From Chloroflexota bacterium (GTDB lineage Bacteria > Chloroflexota > Anaerolineae > Anaerolineales > Villigracilaceae): DNA of 64,000 nt. The notes beneath the pieces are model-generated. The model did no database searches. It was not told where the DNA came from and saw only the letters and a list, made by a program, of their open reading frames with translations. The stretch lies in contig JBDTWO010000001.1 of the NCBI GenBank assembly GCA_040006635.1, forward strand, positions 25,998 through 89,997, given 5' to 3'. The translations under genes and the position numbers were made by a program. Shown piece after piece: positions 8,686-18,779 of this stretch; positions within the stretch are counted from its first letter, which is position 1, and the number at the start of each line of letters is the position of its first letter.

Positions 8686-8882
8686 AGAACAAACTTAAGG
8701 TCTTACGCGCCGAAAGGGATTGGTCGCAGGCGGATCTTGCCGACAAACTCAACGTCTCGCGTCAAACGGTCAATGCAATAGAAACTGAAAAATACGACCC
8801 AAGCCTGCCGCTCGCATTCAAGATCGCAGAATTATTCAAGATGAAGATCGAGGAAATATTTATTCCGGAAAAAGTCAAGTAA
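8682..8882 (+). CDS. XRE/Cro-C1 HTH transcriptional regulator
   Basis: MKNKLKVLRAERDWSQADLA...VSRQTVNAIE...YDPSLPLAFKIA. Confidence 0.95.
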   Translation: MKNKLKVLRAERDWSQADLADKLNVSRQTVNAIETEKYDPSLPLAFKIAELFKMKIEEIFIPEKVK

Positions 8883-8896
8883 TTGAGCATGCATAA

Positions 8897-8930
8897 ATCC
8901 GACCTCCTTACAGGAGGTCGGATCTTTTTC
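8897..8930. terminator. Intrinsic terminator between convergent genes
   Basis: 12-bp stem ATCCGACCTCCT / AGGAGGTCGGAT followed by a T run. Confidence 0.75.
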
Positions 8931-8949
8931 ACCAAGTCGCCGCGTGCGT

Positions 8950-9858
8950 TTACTCTGTATACTGTTCCAATTTCGGCACCGACTGCAAATACATAAAGAT
9001 CGCTTTCAACTCATCATCGGTCATGTTCTTATATTCCTTCCACGGCATATGATCGCTCAGTTGATGTCCGCTCGGCGTGGTACCAGTTCTTAAAGTATTG
9101 ATAAATTGCTCTTCCGTCCATAAGCCTAGTTCTCCGCCAGGGGTCAGGTTCGATGAGATCAATTTAATCGTCGGGTCAGGGAACGGACCGCCATTCAGGT
9201 TGGGACCATGGCACACGCGACAATCGTACGTGTTCACCATATATTCCCCATACTCCACACTGACACCGCGTGCCGGAGCGGTCACATGCGTATCATGACT
9301 CACAACCTCCACAGGGAATTTAGGCAGCACTCCCGCAACCAACAGTATCTTTGCCAATGGCGTGAAATGTTGTCCGCTCGTCTTATGATCCACCGGCGGA
9401 ACAGATTTGACGTAGGCAATGATCGCGCCCAGGTCTTCGTCACTCAAATACGCCGTGGAGACAACTGCAGGCATAAAGATCGGTTTGCCTTCAGGGTCGA
9501 TCCCGTGGCGGATGGCTTTCACATAATCCTCATCGGACTTGACCTCCAGACCGAATCCGCCTGCGCCAGAGGTCAGATTCGCCGAATCAATTGTCCCAAG
9601 CGGACCCGCATTGAACCATTTTTCAATTCCGCTCAGATCGGTACCATGGCAACCCTCGCACAACGTCTCTGCGCGGTGTTTGCCATATTCGATACTCGCC
9701 GCATCTGTCGGGATGGCGATATTGGATGGCGGGAAGTCGTAGGTCTTATTTTGACGGGCGTTACCCATCAAATACATCACCACACCTACAACCAGCACCA
9801 ACCCGATCAACGCACCAAGCACGATCCCGATCCATTTGAATACCTTTTTCATTTTCAC
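8950..9858 (-). CDS. Membrane-anchored di-heme c-type cytochrome
   Basis: N-terminal TM helix; CEGCH and CRVCH heme-binding motifs; MP axial ligands. Confidence 0.9.
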   Translation of the reverse strand: MKMKKVFKWIGIVLGALIGLVLVVGVVMYLMGNARQNKTYDFPPSNIAIPTDAASIEYGKHRAETLCEGCHGTDLSGIEKWFNAGPLGTIDSANLTSGAGGFGLEVKSDEDYVKAIRHGIDPEGKPIFMPAVVSTAYLSDEDLGAIIAYVKSVPPVDHKTSGQHFTPLAKILLVAGVLPKFPVEVVSHDTHVTAPARGVSVEYGEYMVNTYDCRVCHGPNLNGGPFPDPTIKLISSNLTPGGELGLWTEEQFINTLRTGTTPSGHQLSDHMPWKEYKNMTDDELKAIFMYLQSVPKLEQYTE

Positions 9859-9909
9859 AACTCCTTTCTAAAATAGAACCTCTTTGACACAACAATAAAA
9901 TAGATCAGC

Positions 9910-10323
9910 CTACTTTCGTTCCGACTTCCGTATCACCAGTTTCAATCCCGACCACACTTCACTCACCGCGCAAACCTTGATATCTACAAAGCCCAACGGC
10001 AGGGCGATCTCACGGATCGTATCTTCGGTAATATCGGTTGGAACTTCCGAAGCTTTCTTGGGCCACGATATCCATATAAACCCAGTCTGCTTTAGTTCGT
10101 TGCGTAATTTTGAAAGTGTCGCATCCAAAAATAAACTTTCGGTTGTGAACACATGCACAGCCTCAATTGGAGGCACAGCCTTTGTGACTAACTTCACGCC
10201 TTCAGGTAAATCGCCAAGCCACACTTTATATTCCTGCGGCGCGTTGATCACCACCAACTTCATGGGTGCTTGGATGCCAAGCTTCTTTGCCAGCGGGGTT
10301 CCAGAATAACCAAGTTCTGCCAT
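9910..10323 (-). CDS. DUF3052-family protein
   Basis: GYSGTPLAKKLGI, IWISWPKKAS, LVDxKVCAV..WSGLK; start at ATG 10323. Confidence 0.85.
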   Translation of the reverse strand: MAELGYSGTPLAKKLGIQAPMKLVVINAPQEYKVWLGDLPEGVKLVTKAVPPIEAVHVFTTESLFLDATLSKLRNELKQTGFIWISWPKKASEVPTDITEDTIREIALPLGFVDIKVCAVSEVWSGLKLVIRKSERK

Positions 10324-10381
10324 GCATAAAATTATACAATCAAACTTGACACATGACACCTGAGACGTGATACTTACGACA

Positions 10382-12709
10382 ATGACTCGCTGGCTTGACC
10401 CTCACCCCGTAGACGCTGCGCCTCTTTCGTCCCTCAACCTGCCTCCGCTCATCGCGCAGACTCTCATCCGACGCGGGATTCTGACTCCCGACTCGGCGCA
10501 AGCTTTTCTGCACCCCGATACACTTCCATCTACACCCTTCCCCAATATTGAATCAGCCGTCGAGATCATCCACGAGGCTATCCGCAAGGACGACCTGATC
10601 TGCGTCTGGGGTGACTTCGATGTAGACGGACAAACCTCCACTGCCCTGCTCGTGCAGACTCTACGCGCGTTGGGAGCCAATGTCGTTTACTACATTCCCA
10701 TCCGCGGCAAAGAGAGTCACGGTGTTCACATCGAGAGTCTCAAACCGATCATCGACAACGATGCAAAACTCATTGTCACCTGCGACACCGGCATCACTGC
10801 CGACGAAGCCGTTGACTATTGCAACTCGCGCGGTGTGGATGTTGTCATCACCGATCATCACGATCTCGGCGAATCACTGCCCAACGCCAAAGCGATCATC
10901 AATCCGAAGTTATTACCAAGAGATCATCTACTCGCAAATCTTGCGGGCGTTGGCGTCGCATATAAACTGGCAGAGGCGTTATTAGCTTTTAGCGATCAGC
11001 AATTAGCTGTTAGCCCGCTGGCAGACGTTGATTCTCTTTTGGATCTAGTTGCACTTGGATTGGTCGCCGATGTTGCCCTGCTCAAAGGCGAAACGCGCTC
11101 CCTCGCCCAAAAAGGGATTCAAGCCTTACGCAACACCAATCGCCTAGGCTTGAAAGTCATCGCTGAACTTTCCAGTACAAATCTCGAATCGCTGACCGAA
11201 GAAACCATCGGCTTTACATTCGCGCCGCGCTTGAACGCACTCGGCAGATTAAGTGACGCCAACCCCGCGGTGGAATTACTACTGACCAATGACTCCGCCC
11301 GTGCCCGCGTGCTTGCCGCACAAATCGAAGGACTCAACGCCCAACGTAGGTTGTTGACGAGTCAAGTCACTGAAGCGGCAGAGGCGCAACTGCGCGCAAA
11401 CCCGGAATTATTGACTGAACCAGCGATTATCCTATCCCATCCCAACTGGCCCGGCGGCGTGGTGGGCATCGTAGCAAACCGCCTCGTGGACCGTTATCAC
11501 AAACCGGCTTTACTATTTACCGAATCTGAAGACGGCATTTTGCGCGGCTCAGCGCGTTCCGTTGAGGGACTTCACATCACCGAAGCGATTACCGCGAACA
11601 AAGACCTGTTACTCAATTTTGGTGGTCACCCGATGGCGGCGGGTATGTCACTACAAAAAGATAATCTCCTGTCCTTCCGCAAAGGCTTGGGACGAGCCAT
11701 TGAAAAACAACTCGGCGAAATTGTCCGCGAAGAACCGACACTGCAAATTGACGCCTGGCTCAGCCTGGACGAGATCAATCTCGAGCTAGCCAATTCGCTG
11801 GAAATGCTGGCGCCCTTCGGCGCAGGGAATCCGTCTCTGACCATGGCAACACGCGGCGTGAAGATGAAATCCGTTTCGACGATCGGGAAAGCCAAAGAAC
11901 ATCTGCGATTAAATGTCGAAGATGAAAGCGGGAATGTTCAAGGTGTTTTATGGTGGAGTGGCGCGGGTGAAACTCTGCCCGAAGACGGCAGCACCTTTGA
12001 CATTGCTTATTCCCTGCGCGCCAGTTCCTTCCGCGGGCAGAAACAAGTCACATTACAGTTTGAGGAGTTTCGAGGGAGCGAAGAAAAGCCGGTTGAGATT
12101 CAATCTGTAATGCGAGAAGTTATTGATTTACGCTTGAACACTTCAGCGTTTGAAAGTTTGAACGTTTCAATGTTAGCATGGGCAGAAGGTGCAGATAAAG
12201 CAAAGGGAAAATCACGTTATGAACTTACCAGGTCAGATGAGTTTGCAATCTACACGACTCCCCCATCACTAGCAGATTTACGTTCTGTACTTGAAATTGT
12301 AAAACCGAAGAAGGTGTATGTTTTCGGCGTTGACCCCAAATTAGAAAACGTTACGTCAGAGTCAAAATCTTCCTACCCTTATCGCATCACTGATGATTTT
12401 CTTACGCGCTTAGCTGGTATGGCAAAATATGCCATCAACCACAAAGATGGAAAAGTTTCCATCCATGAACTGGCAAGCATCACAGCTCAACGCGAGAACG
12501 CGATCCGTATTGGTTTGGAATGGCTGGCAGCTCGAGGTCATGTAACAATTTTAGGGGAGGACGATTCGGCTGTCTTATCATTAGGAAACGGCGAGATAAA
12601 TTATTACCTATTAAAAGAGCTTTATCTTGCGGTCCGTGGGATCATCCAAGAGACCGCCGCTTATCGCGCATATTTTTCACGCGCCAACATTGAATCAATT
12701 ATTGGGTGA
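10382..12709 (+). CDS. recJ: Single-stranded-DNA-specific exonuclease RecJ (DHH/DHHA1) with C-terminal extension
   Basis: GDFDVDG, TCDTG, TDHH, RGSARS and GGHPMAAG motifs. Confidence 0.95.
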   Translation: MTRWLDPHPVDAAPLSSLNLPPLIAQTLIRRGILTPDSAQAFLHPDTLPSTPFPNIESAVEIIHEAIRKDDLICVWGDFDVDGQTSTALLVQTLRALGANVVYYIPIRGKESHGVHIESLKPIIDNDAKLIVTCDTGITADEAVDYCNSRGVDVVITDHHDLGESLPNAKAIINPKLLPRDHLLANLAGVGVAYKLAEALLAFSDQQLAVSPLADVDSLLDLVALGLVADVALLKGETRSLAQKGIQALRNTNRLGLKVIAELSSTNLESLTEETIGFTFAPRLNALGRLSDANPAVELLLTNDSARARVLAAQIEGLNAQRRLLTSQVTEAAEAQLRANPELLTEPAIILSHPNWPGGVVGIVANRLVDRYHKPALLFTESEDGILRGSARSVEGLHITEAITANKDLLLNFGGHPMAAGMSLQKDNLLSFRKGLGRAIEKQLGEIVREEPTLQIDAWLSLDEINLELANSLEMLAPFGAGNPSLTMATRGVKMKSVSTIGKAKEHLRLNVEDESGNVQGVLWWSGAGETLPEDGSTFDIAYSLRASSFRGQKQVTLQFEEFRGSEEKPVEIQSVMREVIDLRLNTSAFESLNVSMLAWAEGADKAKGKSRYELTRSDEFAIYTTPPSLADLRSVLEIVKPKKVYVFGVDPKLENVTSESKSSYPYRITDDFLTRLAGMAKYAINHKDGKVSIHELASITAQRENAIRIGLEWLAARGHVTILGEDDSAVLSLGNGEINYYLLKELYLAVRGIIQETAAYRAYFSRANIESIIG

Positions 12710-13498
12710 TGAATTTGAGAACGTAGGTGTGGCTGTAGGTGCGATCGTAGGTGCTAGTAGAGGGGCAGTTGTGGGTGTTGGGGTGGAAAGATCAATGACC
12801 GCAATCGAATCAAGATTGATCGAACCACCACCGAGGTGCGTGATCGTCACGGAATGCGAAGAGAGGGTCAGCACCGGCGATTCCCATTCTGTCTCAAGAG
12901 TATCCGGGGCAAATTGATCGAACGAAAAATCCACGCCATCGAGTTTGATCGCAACGGTGCCAAGACTGGGTCCCGCCTGATATGCAAAGAGAATCTTTTG
13001 CCCCACAAAACTGAGCTGTACTGAATCGCCGATCGTGTTCGAGACATGCAAGGTGTTTTGGTATGCGTCACTAACACCGCTTTGAGCGATCCAGGCACCG
13101 GTGTAGTTAAATTTAAAATCCGCATCGTCATATTTAACACCCAACGCCAGTGCGGTTGGGCTTGGGCTGACTGTGACCAACGCCTTCGTCACATTGGGCA
13201 CGACAATCAGAGTAGGCACATCGGTGGGGAACAATGTTGGCGGCAAGTCTATGATTTCGAGTGTCGGGATTTCGGTGGCGGTCGCAGTACCGGGCGGCGC
13301 ATCAGTCGGCACAGCAATGCCAGGTTCGGTGGCGAGGTATTGATACTTCAACGGGGTTGCAGTTTCGCTGGTCTGCACCGTGCCGCGTGAAGCCCCAACC
13401 CGCGCCGCAAATAACACAAGGCAGATTCCCACAACAGAAATAAAGCCGATGAAGATCGGGATAAGAAAGGAACGGTCGAGCGCTGGTTTGTTATCCAT
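12695..13498 (-). CDS. Membrane-anchored hypothetical protein with Thr/Pro linkers and a jelly-roll (CBM-like) domain
   Basis: N-terminal TM helix, TP-rich linkers, YDD..F.YTG.W beta-rich domain. Confidence 0.75.
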   Translation of the reverse strand: MDNKPALDRSFLIPIFIGFISVVGICLVLFAARVGASRGTVQTSETATPLKYQYLATEPGIAVPTDAPPGTATATEIPTLEIIDLPPTLFPTDVPTLIVVPNVTKALVTVSPSPTALALGVKYDDADFKFNYTGAWIAQSGVSDAYQNTLHVSNTIGDSVQLSFVGQKILFAYQAGPSLGTVAIKLDGVDFSFDQFAPDTLETEWESPVLTLSSHSVTITHLGGGSINLDSIAVIDLSTPTPTTAPLLAPTIAPTATPTFSNSSPNN

Positions 13499-13567
13499 AT
13501 GCAAAACTGAACGGAGTATGGTATATGATGTTTCCGTTCATTATCAAATAAAAGGATACCACAACTC

Positions 13568-14989
13568 ATGCTCAATCTAATCCCAAAGCCAGCCTCGGTC
13601 ACACCTTCTGCGGGCGGCTTCACCCTTTCAACCGCAACGAAAATCATCACGCCCGATGCAGGAGCGGTCGGCGAACTGCTTGCAGGACTCATTGAACAAT
13701 ACGCAAATTTCAAACCGGTCGTCACGGACAGTAGTCCAGAAGCAGGCAACATCCACCTCGAGTTGATCGAGAATTCAAACCTGGGCAACGAAGGCTACGA
13801 GCTATCCATTCAATCGGACTCGATTCACTTAAGCGCGAATCAGCCAGCTGGATTATTCTACGGGGTCCAGACGTTTCACCAGATCCTATCAGCGCATCTC
13901 ACTACCCTGAGCCTGCCCGCTGTATCCATAACGGACTCGCCCCGCTTCCCCTGGCGCGGCGCAATGCTCGACGTGGCACGGCATTTCTTCAGCGTGGAAG
14001 ATGTGAAACGCTACATTGACCTGATCTCACACTACAAAATAAATCGTCTGCATTTGCACCTCACCGACGATCAAGGTTGGCGCATCGAGATCAGATCTTG
14101 GCCAAAACTCACCGAGATCGGCGCGCAGACCCAGGTCAATGGCGGAGGCGGAGGATTTTATACACAGGAACAATATAAGGAAATCGTTGAATACGCTGCG
14201 AGCCATTATGTGATGATCATCCCTGAGATCGATACGCCGGGACATACCAATGCCGCGCTGGCATCGTATCCCGAATTGAATGTTTCTGAGGAAGCGACCA
14301 AACTATATGAAGGTACAGAAGTCGGCTTTAGTTCACTTGGCATCAACATGGAAATCACATACAAATTTCTGGAGGATGTTGTCCGTGAACTGGCTGCGCT
14401 TACACCCGCACCCTATATTCACATCGGCGGCGATGAGGCAAGGTCGACATCCAAAGAAGATTACAAAATATTTATCAAACGCTTTCAAGAGATCATTGCA
14501 TCTCATAATAAGACCACCATAGGCTGGGGCGAAATCGGCGAAGCAGAATTAAATCCAACCACGCTCGCGCAATATTGGATAGACCAGGGTTATCAAGGCG
14601 CCAAAGATCAAGGCACAAAGATCATCCTTTCGCCCGCGACCAAAACCTATCTGGATATGAAGTATGCTGCCGTATCCCCGCTCGGCTTGGATTGGGCTGG
14701 ACTCATCCCCGTGAAGGCTGCCTATGATTGGGAACCCACCAATTATATGGCCGGCTTGGAAGAAAAAGATATTCTCGGCATCGAGGCACCGCTCTGGACT
14801 GAAACCATACTTACGATAAAAGATATTGAATTCATGGCTTTTCCGCGCCTACCAGGCATTGCTGAATTGGCCTGGTCACCAAAAGGCTTGAGTTGGGATG
14901 AATATAAACTTCGGCTTGCCAAACACGGCAAGCATATGGAAGCATTGAATATAAACTTCTTCAAATCACCAGATGTAGATTGGGAATAG
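13568..14989 (+). CDS. Beta-N-acetylhexosaminidase (GH20)
   Basis: WRGAMLDVARHF, HLHLTDDQGWR, PEIDTPGH, HIGGDE, FPRL. Confidence 0.95.
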   Translation: MLNLIPKPASVTPSAGGFTLSTATKIITPDAGAVGELLAGLIEQYANFKPVVTDSSPEAGNIHLELIENSNLGNEGYELSIQSDSIHLSANQPAGLFYGVQTFHQILSAHLTTLSLPAVSITDSPRFPWRGAMLDVARHFFSVEDVKRYIDLISHYKINRLHLHLTDDQGWRIEIRSWPKLTEIGAQTQVNGGGGGFYTQEQYKEIVEYAASHYVMIIPEIDTPGHTNAALASYPELNVSEEATKLYEGTEVGFSSLGINMEITYKFLEDVVRELAALTPAPYIHIGGDEARSTSKEDYKIFIKRFQEIIASHNKTTIGWGEIGEAELNPTTLAQYWIDQGYQGAKDQGTKIILSPATKTYLDMKYAAVSPLGLDWAGLIPVKAAYDWEPTNYMAGLEEKDILGIEAPLWTETILTIKDIEFMAFPRLPGIAELAWSPKGLSWDEYKLRLAKHGKHMEALNINFFKSPDVDWE

Positions 14990-15047
14990 AAAAGTAGGAC
15001 GAGATAACCCTTCGATAAACTCAGGGCAAGTATTTCGTCCTACTTTT
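14990..15047. terminator. Bidirectional terminator-like hairpin with an embedded CCCTTCGATAAACTCAGGGC REP
   Basis: AAAAGTAGGACGA / TCGTCCTACTTTT stem; the loop motif recurs at 51971-51990. Confidence 0.7.
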
Positions 15048-16359
15048 TTGCCCAGCTAATAAATCGCCAATTTTTGAGACGTGCCAAATAGCCTGTCTCA
15101 AGATTTAACAGGATAATATTACTATCAGAATTTAACACAACAATCTTACCATCTGGTGAAATCTCATTCATATAATATCCTGTTGTCGTGAAGCAATAAT
15201 CTGTAAAAAGCAGGTAATCTATCCGTGGGTCAATCACAGGATGCTCTAGATCTAGCAAGAAGAAAGCATTTTCAATCTTTTTGGGTTCGGAGTCGAAATC
15301 ATTATTTACAAAATCCGTATAGCTCATACTTAAGATCAAAGAGTTAATTGACGGATTCAAAGCTATAAAGGAAAAATCTAATTTGCCAAAATAAATATCA
15401 GTCGCAACTCTTTTCATCAGGGCATCATAAGGAGTGCTTTGTGTCAGAGCTTCTATCGAAGAATCAACAAAGCCAAGGTCATAGCCATAAGACTGCTCAA
15501 CTATCATGAAAATCTTATCTAGATCGAACTCCAATCCCAAGTTAGTACCTACATAGGGATAGAAAAAGATTCGATCCTGTAGCCACGGCAAAGCTCGAAT
15601 CTTTTGGCGGGTTGAATAATCGTAAACATAGAAGTCAATATAGTCATTTCCAATGTTACCTGCACTATACAGCGCAAAATAATTTCCTTCGTCCACATAG
15701 AATGCCTGATATTCATCATAAGGCTCACTATCTACGTCGCTCACATCCACCAGATCTCCGGTATAGGCATTGACCACATAAAGAGGAGATCTTTGATATG
15801 AAATATTATGAATCAACAGGTCTTGAGTTGACAACCATGTAAGACTTGGCATAAACCCATCCCAGTTCTTGAAAATTGACACCTCGCGCTGCGTGTTATT
15901 CGCTAAATCATATATCCAAGTTGAGGATGAAAGATCAGGATTCCAGATATTATAAGCAAGTAATTTTCCATCCGGGCTAATGGATTCGCTTATCCATTTA
16001 TCTAACGCCAGTTTTTGAATCAATTGAGGCGATGGGTTTTCCACGTCTAGACTCCATAATCCTGTTTGATTTGAGTCGGAAAGAATAACTTTCAAATTAT
16101 TGCTGATGCCAAGTTTATCAATAGAGACTTCTCTGTTTTTAGGGCAAAGTTTCTTCACCTTCGGATAGAAAAAGTGCAGGGAAGGAGTTGCTGTTGGAAC
16201 TACTGAGGCAGTTGGAGAAGGAATGGATGTGGAACTCGCAGTACTAATTGGCGATAGAGTTGGAATAACTGTCGGCTGGGCAGAAATGGTTGGAGCACAG
16301 CCAAGGAAAAACATAAATAACAACCCGTAGGTCAAACAACTAGATATCTTCGTGTTCAT
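15040..16359 (-). CDS. AT-rich lipoprotein, TolB/WD40-like beta-propeller
   Basis: Lipobox-like FLGC, T/S/P linker, repeated SPDGK motifs. Confidence 0.75.
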   Translation of the reverse strand: MNTKISSCLTYGLLFMFFLGCAPTISAQPTVIPTLSPISTASSTSIPSPTASVVPTATPSLHFFYPKVKKLCPKNREVSIDKLGISNNLKVILSDSNQTGLWSLDVENPSPQLIQKLALDKWISESISPDGKLLAYNIWNPDLSSSTWIYDLANNTQREVSIFKNWDGFMPSLTWLSTQDLLIHNISYQRSPLYVVNAYTGDLVDVSDVDSEPYDEYQAFYVDEGNYFALYSAGNIGNDYIDFYVYDYSTRQKIRALPWLQDRIFFYPYVGTNLGLEFDLDKIFMIVEQSYGYDLGFVDSSIEALTQSTPYDALMKRVATDIYFGKLDFSFIALNPSINSLILSMSYTDFVNNDFDSEPKKIENAFFLLDLEHPVIDPRIDYLLFTDYCFTTTGYYMNEISPDGKIVVLNSDSNIILLNLETGYLARLKNWRFISWAKK

Positions 16360-16362
16360 ATT

Positions 16363-17712
16363 TTATTTCACAACTTTATCCGTAATCTCCAGCGCTTTAT
16401 CCAAAATATCGAACCCATCTTTTAACTGTTGCTCGGTAATAATCAACGGCGGGATGATCAATACTGTGTGCCAGTGTGTATACAAGAACAACCCGTTATC
16501 CAAACAATATTTTTTGAGCGCGGTCATCTCAGGCGATGACCCATTCCACGGCGCCATCGGTTCTTTCGTTGTTCGGTCTTTGACCAATTCCAGAATCCCG
16601 AACAAACCAATACTGCGGACTTCGCCGATTGAAGGATGCGCTTCGCCGAGATCGGTCAACATCCGCTTCAAAACTGGACCCATAGCTGCCGCGTGCTCGA
16701 CGATTTTATCTTCCCGCATGACATTGATATTCGCCACAGCCGCCGCCAGCGAAATGGGATGGGACGTGTAGGTTAGTCCGCTTTCGAATGGAGTATTGTC
16801 GAACGCCGCCGCGATCTCAGGCTTCATCGCCACTGCACCTAAAGGCGCATACGCGGAGGTCAGTCCCTTTGCCATGGTGATGATATCAGGCACAACGTCC
16901 CAGTGTTCGATGGCAAACCATTTACCGGTGCGACCAAATCCGCTCATGACTTCGTCCGCGATCATGACGATTCCGTATTTATCACACAAGGCGCGCACGC
17001 CCTGCATATATCCATCGGGCGGAATGATGATGCCGTTCGTGCCGGTCACTGATTCCAGCAGAACAGCCGCGATCGTTTCCGGTCCCTCGTAGTGGATAAT
17101 TTCTTCGAGGTGGTTGACATAATCGCGCGCGAATTCCGCTTCGGGGATATCCGGATTCGTGCGATGGAAAGTGGAGCGGTAACGGTACGGGTCAAGAAAA
17201 TGCACGATGCCAGGCATCAGGTTCGGTTCCCAGATGACGCGGCGCGGGTCGCCAGTTGCCGCCATCGCTCCGGCTGTCGCGCCATGATAAGAACGGTAGC
17301 GAGTCAAAATTTTGTGGCGTCCGGTGTAGCCCCGGGCAAGTTTCATTGCGTTCTCGTTGGCATCCGCACCACCGAGCGTGAACAACACCTTCGTGAGGGC
17401 TTGATGCGGAGTCACATCCGCCACAGCTTTGCTCGCCAACGCGCGGATCTTGGTTGTCATTCCCGGCGCGGCATAAGGCAGTTCCGCGGCTTGGTCCTGC
17501 ATGGCTTTGATCACGCGTTCGTCGCCGTGACCAATGTTGACACACATGGTCATCGAGTTGAAATCGAGATACTGCTTGTCATCCACATCCCAAAAGTGGA
17601 CACCTTTGGCGCGCGCCACGGCAATGGGATTCACTTTCGCCTGGGCAGACCAGGTGTAAAAGACGTGTTCTTTGGATAGGGACAGGATTTCATCGTTGGG
17701 AAGGTCAAACAT
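16363..17712 (-). CDS. Class III PLP-dependent aminotransferase (omega-amino acid type)
   Basis: SYHGAT, ADEVMSGFGRTG, AKGLTS, GLTYTSHP. Confidence 0.93.
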   Translation of the reverse strand: MFDLPNDEILSLSKEHVFYTWSAQAKVNPIAVARAKGVHFWDVDDKQYLDFNSMTMCVNIGHGDERVIKAMQDQAAELPYAAPGMTTKIRALASKAVADVTPHQALTKVLFTLGGADANENAMKLARGYTGRHKILTRYRSYHGATAGAMAATGDPRRVIWEPNLMPGIVHFLDPYRYRSTFHRTNPDIPEAEFARDYVNHLEEIIHYEGPETIAAVLLESVTGTNGIIIPPDGYMQGVRALCDKYGIVMIADEVMSGFGRTGKWFAIEHWDVVPDIITMAKGLTSAYAPLGAVAMKPEIAAAFDNTPFESGLTYTSHPISLAAAVANINVMREDKIVEHAAAMGPVLKRMLTDLGEAHPSIGEVRSIGLFGILELVKDRTTKEPMAPWNGSSPEMTALKKYCLDNGLFLYTHWHTVLIIPPLIITEQQLKDGFDILDKALEITDKVVK

Positions 17713-17732
17713 GGGGTTCCTCTTTTGGGGGC

Positions 17733-17813
17733 GTATACAAGTACATAGGTATACAAGTAGACAGGTAGATATGGAAACACAACATTCACTTGTTTACTTG
17801 TTTCCCTGTTTAC
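17733..17813. repeat. Mirrored 8-bp-period tandem repeats
   Basis: GTATACAA GTACATAG GTATACAA GTAGACAG GTAGATAT GGAAACAC, then CACTTGTT TACTTGTT TCCCTGTT. Confidence 0.75.
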
Positions 17814-17960
17814 CGCCACCATTATAACCTCCCCAAATTTCAATGAACTGTGATAAACTTCGCCCGCTCAACTAAATAGGTACGTCATATACGTGCCTTT
17901 CCGTTCCCGGCAAACCCACGGTTTGAACAGGAACAATTCCATGGAAAGGAGGAATCTCTC

Positions 17961-18242
17961 ATGCGCAATTACGAATTAGTTTGTATCTTCCAGCCCGAAC
18001 TGGATGAAACCGCTTTTAAAGGCGCGGTCGAACGCGTCTCGAGCTGGGTTACTGAAGCCGGCGGTAATGTGGACAAATTGGAAATTTGGGGACGCCGCAG
18101 ATTGGCTTATGTCATCCACAAGCAGACCGAAGGTCAGTATGTTCTGATGAACATCTCGCTTGACCCCAAAGCCGCCAGCGGTGTGGAACGCAATATCCGT
18201 TATCTTGAAACTGTCATGCGTCATTTGTTGACTGTTGTCTAA
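17961..18242 (+). CDS. rpsF: 30S ribosomal protein S6
   Basis: MRNYELVCIFQP, WGRRRLAY; rpsF-ssb-rpsR synteny. Confidence 0.97.
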   Translation: MRNYELVCIFQPELDETAFKGAVERVSSWVTEAGGNVDKLEIWGRRRLAYVIHKQTEGQYVLMNISLDPKAASGVERNIRYLETVMRHLLTVV

Positions 18243-18297
18243 TTTCTACTGCTTTCGTGTGTAACTCGGTCTGCTTTAAAACTATAAGGAGAAACCT

Positions 18298-18717
18298 ATG
18301 AGCCGAGGCTTAAACAAAGTTCAAATCATCGGTCATCTTGGCAAAGAACCTGAAATGCGCTACACCCCTTCAGGCAAACCTGTCACAACTTTTACGGTGG
18401 CGGTCAGCCGCTCCTGGAACACCCTGGATGGCGAACGTCATAACGAGACCGAATGGTTCAATGTGGTTGCCTGGGGTAACCTGGCGGAGATCTGCAAACA
18501 ATATCTCACCAAGGGTCAACAGGTCTACATTGAAGGACGATTGCAAACTCGCCGCTGGGAAGATAAAGAAGGCGGCAAGCACAATAGCGTTGAAGTTGTA
18601 GCCAATGAAATGATGATGCTGGGCGAGCGCCGTGAGCATAACAATCACGCTGCCGCAGCAGATGCAGTTCCTGAAGAGAACAACATCGCAACCAATGAAG
18701 ATGAGTTCCCATTCTAA
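18298..18717 (+). CDS. ssb: Single-stranded DNA-binding protein
   Basis: LNKVQIIGHLG, TEWFNVV, VYIEGRLQTR, acidic EDEFPF tail. Confidence 0.97.
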   Translation: MSRGLNKVQIIGHLGKEPEMRYTPSGKPVTTFTVAVSRSWNTLDGERHNETEWFNVVAWGNLAEICKQYLTKGQQVYIEGRLQTRRWEDKEGGKHNSVEVVANEMMMLGERREHNNHAAAADAVPEENNIATNEDEFPF

Positions 18718-18779
18718 AGAATTATCACAGAAATAACCCGAGGTTATTTCTGCCTTTGAAATAAAAACTGGAGTACCAA

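Noticed and set aside
17631-17843. 70-aa ORF with a VYLYTYVLVY stretch
   Set aside because: Translation of the octamer repeat array; overlaps the aminotransferase start in another frame.
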